Assembly: GCA_017935785.1 (NCBI GenBank)
Contig: JAGBGU010000047.1
Span: 3,013 to 67,012, forward strand
DNA from: Bacteroidaceae bacterium
Lineage (GTDB): Bacteria; Bacteroidota; Bacteroidia; Bacteroidales; Bacteroidaceae
Direction of reading: 5' to 3'
Length of the DNA stretch: 64,000 nucleotides
In this document: one piece after another, positions 58,235-64,000 of the stretch
Numbering within the stretch: the first letter of the stretch is position 1
How the letters are laid out: every line of letters starts with the position of its first letter
Position numbers and translations under genes: made by a program
Notes under the pieces: generated by a model
Database searches by the model: none
What the model was told of the DNA's origin: nothing
What the model saw: the letters and a program-made list of their open reading frames with translations, nothing else

Positions 58235-59155
58235 TTAATCTTCTTCGTTTTCTTTATATTCCAATTTCACTATTTCTTCAGGCCTAACGACATATGAGAA
58301 TAATTGGGGAACATTATTATCTTCCAATATTTTGCCCAATTGCACTTCTGAATTTATTACAAGATATGGTATACTCCATTCATATCCAGGAGAAACAGTT
58401 TTGTAAGTGTTATGTTCCTCTACAATATTAGTTTCCTCTTTATTTACCAAAACTTGTCTTTTACGATTCATTGTAGTTGAATCCAGGTCAACATCTTGAA
58501 ATTTTCTAACGGAATTATTGTTCAACGAGGCATCTACCCACTTCTCTAAGTCCTTTACAGCACCAAGTAAATCATAGTCAGTATCCGTTTCTGAATTTTG
58601 TATAATCATCCGAATGTTATCCGCAATTCCTATCAATTCCATAATGAGACTTTTCTGTGTCTTATAAATCACATCTTCTTGAAATTTCAACGCTGCATTA
58701 TGTTGTTTCTGTATAGTTCTTTCCTGTGCTTCTAACACATTCCCTACCTTATCTTGCAAAAAAAGCAAAACATTTTGAATAGTTTCATTTTGATGATGAT
58801 TAAAATTTATTTCGCCAATCAATTGATGTAGCGAAGATATATTAGTAGCAATTGGTGATACTATTTCCTTTATTTCCGGTAAAACAGTTTTATACAATTC
58901 ATGTTGAATATTATCAACCAACTGATAGATTAGTTTCTCATTTAGGCTATAACCTTCCGTTAGATTATTTAAAGTTCCTTTTGAGATTCCCTTTTGGGGA
59001 GTTTCCTCTTTGTTTTGAATGTTTTCTTGTTTATCATTTTCTTGAACGATTCCTTGCCTCCCAATAGTACAATGTGATTCCTTAGGAGTAGGAATAGATT
59101 GCGATGTGTCGTTTGATTCCGCACCTCTAAATAGATTCGTTAATATATTACTCAT
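58235..59155 (-). CDS. hypothetical protein, possible divergent GrpE-like nucleotide exchange factor
   Basis: 306 aa. A central helical region has LIMELIGIADNIRMI (compare GrpE LLPVLDNLERAL) and a C-terminal small beta domain ends ..VVRPEEIVKLEY (compare GrpE RPAMVVV). It lies 6 nt upstream of the Hsp70 gene. The call is weak and motif-level only. Confidence 0.35.
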   Translation of the reverse strand: MSNILTNLFRGAESNDTSQSIPTPKESHCTIGRQGIVQENDKQENIQNKEETPQKGISKGTLNNLTEGYSLNEKLIYQLVDNIQHELYKTVLPEIKEIVSPIATNISSLHQLIGEINFNHHQNETIQNVLLFLQDKVGNVLEAQERTIQKQHNAALKFQEDVIYKTQKSLIMELIGIADNIRMIIQNSETDTDYDLLGAVKDLEKWVDASLNNNSVRKFQDVDLDSTTMNRKRQVLVNKEETNIVEEHNTYKTVSPGYEWSIPYLVINSEVQLGKILEDNNVPQLFSYVVRPEEIVKLEYKENEED

Positions 59156-59159
59156 ATTA

Positions 59160-60092
59160 CTAATATTTTATTCCATTATTCCAGATTTCATTTTCATAAG
59201 AACCATCTTTCTTGTAATGTAAACACTTACCATCAGGCCCATTCATTGTCATATACCCAATAATACATGACCCATCCTGCAAATAATACACTCCGGTTCC
59301 CTGTTGCAACAAACCATTCGAGAAACGGGCACAAAGTCGTTCTCCGTTCGGGAAAAACAAGGTACCGAGACCATGCATCTTACCATTTTTCCATTCCCCA
59401 GAATAACGTATGCCATCTGTTTGTATTGTAGTCCCTATGCCATTTTTACGATTGAAGTTCCATTCTCCTACGTATTTACTATTTACAGAGTTTACTTCCA
59501 TTCCAACACCATTTCTCATATCTAACTTCCACTCTCCTACATAGTAGCTTTCGTCTTCATTTTTACAAATACCAAATCCAGAACGTTCGTTATCCACGCT
59601 AATATCTCCACAATATTTTATACCATTCATTTCCTTAAAAGATAATTCTCCTGCTTTACATGTAGAACTTTCTAAACTTTCGATTTCCCTCTTCAATGAC
59701 TGATTTTGCGAAGTAAGTCTTTGTACTTTATCTACAAGACCTTGGTTCTCTTCCTTCGCTGTAGCCAATTCTTCGGTTGTTTTATCAACTTGATCTCTAT
59801 AACGTTCTTTTTCTTGTTCCTGTGCTCTTGTCTTTGCCTTTTCTTCTTTAAGGTTATCCTCTAAAGTTTTATTTTTAGAGACTTCGGCTTCATAATTCTT
59901 TTTGAACCTTTCAACCCCCTGATTATGTTCTTCCCACACCTTTTTGCATGCCTTAATGCGTTTTTCTTCATATATCCTTACTTCGTTTGAAACAGGTTCT
60001 GGAAGAATATGATGCTCGAAACCGCATTTGGGACAGAAAGAATCTGATAGGTTTAAATCTCCTCCACAAACTTTACATTTATCCATTGACAT
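59160..60092 (-). CDS. zinc-ribbon / coiled-coil / MORN-repeat protein
   Basis: 310 aa. The N-terminus has CKVCGG..N10..CPKCG, followed by a ~110-aa charged coiled coil. There are 4-5 MORN-type repeats (YVGEWKLDMRNGVG, YVGEWNFNRKNGIG, YSGEWKNGKMHGLG). Confidence 0.75.
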   Translation of the reverse strand: MSMDKCKVCGGDLNLSDSFCPKCGFEHHILPEPVSNEVRIYEEKRIKACKKVWEEHNQGVERFKKNYEAEVSKNKTLEDNLKEEKAKTRAQEQEKERYRDQVDKTTEELATAKEENQGLVDKVQRLTSQNQSLKREIESLESSTCKAGELSFKEMNGIKYCGDISVDNERSGFGICKNEDESYYVGEWKLDMRNGVGMEVNSVNSKYVGEWNFNRKNGIGTTIQTDGIRYSGEWKNGKMHGLGTLFFPNGERLCARFSNGLLQQGTGVYYLQDGSCIIGYMTMNGPDGKCLHYKKDGSYENEIWNNGIKY

Positions 60093-60113
60093 AATAGTTG
60101 TATTTATTTGTTC

Positions 60114-63100
60114 TTAAATTTCCAATTGTGCAAACAATTGTCGTATATCAGTTATCAGGCGAACTTGAACTTGTTCAAAACCGCCCTGTAAAAGACCTAT
60201 CACTTGATAGTTGTCCTGACGGACGACAGGGCCTCCGCTATTTCCATGCGTGGCGTTTATATCCGACATATAAGTATCAAAGCTTCTGTCGTTATTTTGC
60301 TTGTTTGCTTCATAATTAGTGATTTCACCAGAGTTGACCATCAGATTACGGGATACGGCTTCTCCCAAAGGGTATCCTGCCAATGTAATCTTCGTGGTTT
60401 TTCCTACGGGTTTCTCATCTTTACATAATTGTAGATAACGGGCTTCCTGTGGCAATATACCCACTTGAAGCAATGCCATATCGTATTGGGGATTGTTCCA
60501 CAGCAGGCGTGCAGTCGTTTCAAACTGAAGTTCACTAATACTAAAGGTAAACTTAGTTTTCCCTTCCACCACATGACTGCATGTAAGCAGATAATGGTTA
60601 TGAAGTGAAATGATGAACGCTGTTCCTTGGGCCTTTTCTGAATTGGTTCCACCCTCACAAGTCAGTAATCCAACAGAATGTTCAAGGTGCTCAACGCATG
60701 TTGCCCTATGTGCTTCGTCCTCCTTTGTCAAATCCAAAGAGACCATAGGCTGCTCAGCACCGTTTCCGGATGCTTCTACCCTATCCTCCAACGATTGTCC
60801 TTCGGAACCTTTGTGCAAATTCAAAACCTCATAGGCTGCTTTTGGGAAATCCTCAGGTCTGTATTCATTCATAAGATCAGTGGATTCATTATTCGCAGCA
60901 CGCAATCGTTTGTCATTATTCTGTTCCAAAATGCCTAACAATTTTTCACTTTCGCTGGCATTGCCGAACTTATTGGTACGAGGAATCAAACCAAACCAAG
61001 CTAAAGCCAATTGGTGACATAATTCCTCGTCAACAAAATGTCGTTTCAGCCTTCTCATGTTAAACTGCAGAATTTGCCATAGCTCTTCATTTGAATAATT
61101 GTCGAATTGGATTATATGTTTCACCCTGCGCGTCATACCGTCATTCATACTTAAAAACTGGGACATATCATCAGGATAACCGGCCAAAACAAGCGCCATT
61201 TTTCGTTTATATCTTTCATCGGTCAGCAATCCTACAATTTGGGTTACTACACTTTTATTGTTATTTTCACAAAGAGCGTATGCTTCATCGATGAATAGAG
61301 TTTTTCCCACATTGTCAGCAAACAATTTTTCAACATTCTTTTCTGTTCCACCTGCGAAATTATCAACAATGTCTCCCTTCTTTTTTTCTACACAATCACC
61401 GCTCGTCAGTAAGCCCAAGTCATGAAGAATACCGCCCAGCATTCTGGCCACTGTGGTTTTACCCGTTCCAGGAGAACCGGCAAAAACGAACACCAAGTCT
61501 TCTTCTTCAACAGGCAGGCCGGCATTCATTCTAAGTCGGTCACGCCTCATTTTGTAATAGATTTCTTTCAGTTTCTCTTTTACATTTCTCAAGCCGATAA
61601 GTTCATGGAGATTTTGAAGCACTTCTTCATCTGTTTTCTCTTTAGTGTCAATCATCTTGCTGAACATTTCCGGAATATGCGAAAGTTCCAATGTTCCATT
61701 GTTTTTTTTGTAAAATTCCTTGTAGATTTGAGCTGCAAGTTGCTCCATTTCTCTGGCATTACCCCAAGTACGAAGATTACGTTGGGCAAACATTACTTCT
61801 ACGAGCATACGTATAGCATTGCTGAATTCATCAGTCTTTGGATACGTCAGTTTGCGATTCAACATTTTTAGCAGTTCAGATGGTTCATAGTCGTCAAACA
61901 TGATAAGTTGGTCATCGTTGATTCGGCTCCGAAGGCCTGGATTACTATTCGTCAGAAGATCCTCCATCTCATGCTTATAACCAGCCAATACCAACATAAA
62001 GTCTGGTTTTGTCATATATTGTATCAAGACTTCAACAGCCTCGGCCGCATAGTTTGCGCCATGCCCTGTTTTATCTTCACGCAATCCATAAGCTTCATCA
62101 ATGAAAAGCATGCCCCCTTTGGCCCTTTCACATAAAGCTTGTGCCTTAATACGTGTTTCTCCGACGTATTGGCCGACAATGTCACCTACTGTCGCCGAGA
62201 TAAATGTTCCCTTACTCAGTACATTTTCTTCGCGGAACCATTGGGCTACCAGTCTTGCTACAGTTGTTTTGCCCGTCCCCGGATTTCCCATAAATACCAT
62301 ATGAGGGTACACCGGTATTGCACTATGTCCTGTTTCTTCCTTTTGTCGACGAGTGTTAACAATAAGATTCTTAAGACTTTCTATCTTATCCAGAACTTTT
62401 CCAATCCCGTCCATTTGTCTTAATTGGGACAAAGCATTATCTGCGCTGACTGTACTTACCAAATGATTCATGTCTAATCTGTTTAAGTTTATTATCAGTC
62501 TGTCATCCATCTTGGCAAAATCAAGTCCACCGTCTTTACCAAACACTTTAAAATTCCCCATGGCAACACTTCGTCTTAACAAGCCAAAAGGCTTTGGCGA
62601 TAACGTACAATCAACATTCTCACAGATACGTTTTCGGATAAGCCAATTTGCGATTTCGTCTTCTTGCGGCAAGTCTATGCAAAACAGGTTCTTTTCAAAA
62701 TTAACCATGTTCACATCACGTTCTGTATAGTTTTGTTGGCTTGAAGGCGCCAAGCCAAAACGAGTAGCAAAAGAGTTTCTAAAAAACACTCCACCTTGTC
62801 CACCATGTTCATGGTCAAATGCCGCTGCCAATTGTCCGTTCGTCTTGAATCCGAAAAGCACAATCATCTTTAGCTGCCGGTTTTCCTCACCATACACCTT
62901 TGACAACTCGCTGAATTTATTTTCAACTTGTGCAGGGTTTTCTGGAAGTATGTTTTCCGGATTTTCAAATATAACCGCCATTCGTTCATGGGGATTATTG
63001 TCAGAAAAACCTATCACGTCATCAAAAACAGTCAAAGAAGATTGTCTTTTAAAAAAGGTGTTCAAACCATTCTTATGTATATATATCTGAGGATAATGGC

Positions 63101-63593
63101 AGACCAACGAAGTGGAATTACCGTCATGTGACGCGTCGGATGAAGAACCATGGGTTGGGCTTAAAGGCGGTCTGCCGCCTTTCGTATTATTTACTTGATT
63201 TCGGGCTCCAAACCGAGGCTTCATTGCCCCCATCGGGGTCTTTATCTTTGGCACGTAAGATGTGTGTTCACCTTGACGCACATAACTACCGCTTGTCTGC
63301 AAGTTCTCATTTGTTTGTGCCTGATTTGTTTTTGGTGAGTGTGAAGCATTTGTAAAACCTGAAAATACAGCCAAGTCTTCTTCTGTATAGCTGTAAAATC
63401 CGATATTATCAGTCGGATTGTAGAAAACCACACGGTATCCTTCTCCCTTCAGGTATAAGAAAAGAGCCTTTGATATGTTATAGCGACAAAGATCGCCATC
63501 TATAAAATACTCTGAATTACGCGTATTTCCATAGATTCCCGAGAGCAAGCCTCGGTGAGAAACATTGAAATCTGATATACGTCTTACAGCCAT
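60114..63593 (-). CDS. giant fusion protein: unknown N-terminal ~400 aa + two SpoVK/CbxX-type AAA+ modules + C-terminal trypsin-like (S1) serine protease domain
   Basis: 1159 aa. AAA-1 has GNPGTGKTTVARLVAQWF and GMLFIDEAYGL..VLAGY. AAA-2 has GSPGTGKTTVARMLGGIL and TLFIDEAYAL..VLAGY. The protease triad context is LLTCSHVV (His), YDMALLQV (Asp) and THGNSGGPV (Ser). Confidence 0.8.
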   Translation of the reverse strand: MAVRRISDFNVSHRGLLSGIYGNTRNSEYFIDGDLCRYNISKALFLYLKGEGYRVVFYNPTDNIGFYSYTEEDLAVFSGFTNASHSPKTNQAQTNENLQTSGSYVRQGEHTSYVPKIKTPMGAMKPRFGARNQVNNTKGGRPPLSPTHGSSSDASHDGNSTSLVCHYPQIYIHKNGLNTFFKRQSSLTVFDDVIGFSDNNPHERMAVIFENPENILPENPAQVENKFSELSKVYGEENRQLKMIVLFGFKTNGQLAAAFDHEHGGQGGVFFRNSFATRFGLAPSSQQNYTERDVNMVNFEKNLFCIDLPQEDEIANWLIRKRICENVDCTLSPKPFGLLRRSVAMGNFKVFGKDGGLDFAKMDDRLIINLNRLDMNHLVSTVSADNALSQLRQMDGIGKVLDKIESLKNLIVNTRRQKEETGHSAIPVYPHMVFMGNPGTGKTTVARLVAQWFREENVLSKGTFISATVGDIVGQYVGETRIKAQALCERAKGGMLFIDEAYGLREDKTGHGANYAAEAVEVLIQYMTKPDFMLVLAGYKHEMEDLLTNSNPGLRSRINDDQLIMFDDYEPSELLKMLNRKLTYPKTDEFSNAIRMLVEVMFAQRNLRTWGNAREMEQLAAQIYKEFYKKNNGTLELSHIPEMFSKMIDTKEKTDEEVLQNLHELIGLRNVKEKLKEIYYKMRRDRLRMNAGLPVEEEDLVFVFAGSPGTGKTTVARMLGGILHDLGLLTSGDCVEKKKGDIVDNFAGGTEKNVEKLFADNVGKTLFIDEAYALCENNNKSVVTQIVGLLTDERYKRKMALVLAGYPDDMSQFLSMNDGMTRRVKHIIQFDNYSNEELWQILQFNMRRLKRHFVDEELCHQLALAWFGLIPRTNKFGNASESEKLLGILEQNNDKRLRAANNESTDLMNEYRPEDFPKAAYEVLNLHKGSEGQSLEDRVEASGNGAEQPMVSLDLTKEDEAHRATCVEHLEHSVGLLTCEGGTNSEKAQGTAFIISLHNHYLLTCSHVVEGKTKFTFSISELQFETTARLLWNNPQYDMALLQVGILPQEARYLQLCKDEKPVGKTTKITLAGYPLGEAVSRNLMVNSGEITNYEANKQNNDRSFDTYMSDINATHGNSGGPVVRQDNYQVIGLLQGGFEQVQVRLITDIRQLFAQLEI

Positions 63594-63612
63594 GATTTAT
63601 TCTGTTTAAAAC

Positions 63613-64000
63613 CTAAAGAGAACCACGAAGCTGATTGGCAGCACCGCGTTTTCGCATTTGCTGTCCTGACTGCATTTGGGGTATTACCTCATTGCCTCCA
63701 TTGGCAGGAGTCGTTATCGGACCTGGATCATAGCCGCTCCTACGCATTTCCTGACGTATGCGTTCAATACTCTGGCGCAATTGTTGTTCAGTAATCGCTT
63801 GGTAGGGATTATCTACATGTATGGCAATATCGTTTGATTTCTCATCCGGATTAGGCTGTAACACAACCGTAATCTCCTCGCCGGTATTAGGATGACGAAG
63901 AATGGCAAAAACACCCTCTCGTTGGTCACTTTCTATTTGGCCTCCCATATAGTCGAAATCGTCATTACCATTTTCAACCTTTATCTCATATCCCTGCCGA
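63613..64000 (-). CDS. hypothetical protein, first visible gene of the operon; reading frame open to the window edge
   Basis: The ORF track gives 111 aa from the Met at 63948. The frame upstream (..RQGYEIKVENGNDDFDY-MGGQIESD..) has no stop up to position 64000, so the true start may lie outside the window. Confidence 0.45.
   Translation of the reverse strand, partial: RQGYEIKVENGNDDFDYMGGQIESDQREGVFAILRHPNTGEEITVVLQPNPDEKSNDIAIHVDNPYQAITEQQLRQSIERIRQEMRRSGYDPGPITTPANGGNEVIPQMQSGQQMRKRGAANQLRGSL

Overview
This looks like a Bacteroidales-type chromosome segment. The evidence is the TAnnTTTG -7 promoter boxes, a T9SS C-terminal sorting domain, GH92/GH20/GH18/GH31 glycan genes, and an STN-type outer-membrane receptor with an ECF sigma/anti-sigma pair. 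All calls come from reading the sequence and ORF track and from motif recognition. No searches were run.

Positions 1-49.7 kb are GC-rich core genome:
- a partial MalY/PatB-like lyase and methylmalonyl-CoA mutase mutA/mutB;
- an ECF sigma / FecR-like / outer-membrane receptor trio;
- a mannoside/N-glycan catabolic cluster (MFS transporter, ROK kinase, PMI-like isomerase, GH92, T9SS-CTD protein, GH31, GH20);
- a 1244-aa GT2-DUF4922(HIT-like)-SpoIID fusion;
- a fasciclin protein, a CE4 deacetylase, a GH18-ThuA fusion and a ThuA paralog;
- phospholipid genes (GtrA-like, CDP-alcohol phosphatidyltransferase, cdsA), then ftsH and rsfS;
- two tandem tRNA-Gln(CUG) genes, truA, an EamA transporter, a second GH92, L31 and class II FBP aldolase.

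The core also carries a ~1.2-kb dispersed repeat in two direct copies (about 4.6-5.8 kb and 29.1-30.3 kb). Each copy holds a 42-nt hairpin tandem array and nested inverted-repeat elements. A small AT-rich islet at 10.1-12.0 kb contains four exactly 22-bp-phased GTAA-N6-TTAC sites and an orphan PD-(D/E)xK-like nuclease.

After the fba terminator (~49.73 kb) the sequence becomes visibly AT-rich and stays so to the window edge, so this is an accessory island of at least 14 kb. It contains:
- a HigB/RelE-like + XRE-HTH module flanked by 193-bp direct repeats;
- an IS-transposase remnant;
- a radical-SAM/SPASM maturase with two unannotated Cys-rich precursor peptides, read as a RiPP cluster;
- the most interesting item, a tightly packed minus-strand operon. 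It encodes a lidless Hsp70, a GrpE-like factor, a Zn-ribbon/coiled-coil/MORN protein, a 1159-aa double-AAA+ protein fused to a trypsin-like protease, and a membrane protein/lipoprotein pair. It continues past the window edge. I consider it a candidate undescribed conflict/defence or dedicated proteostasis system.
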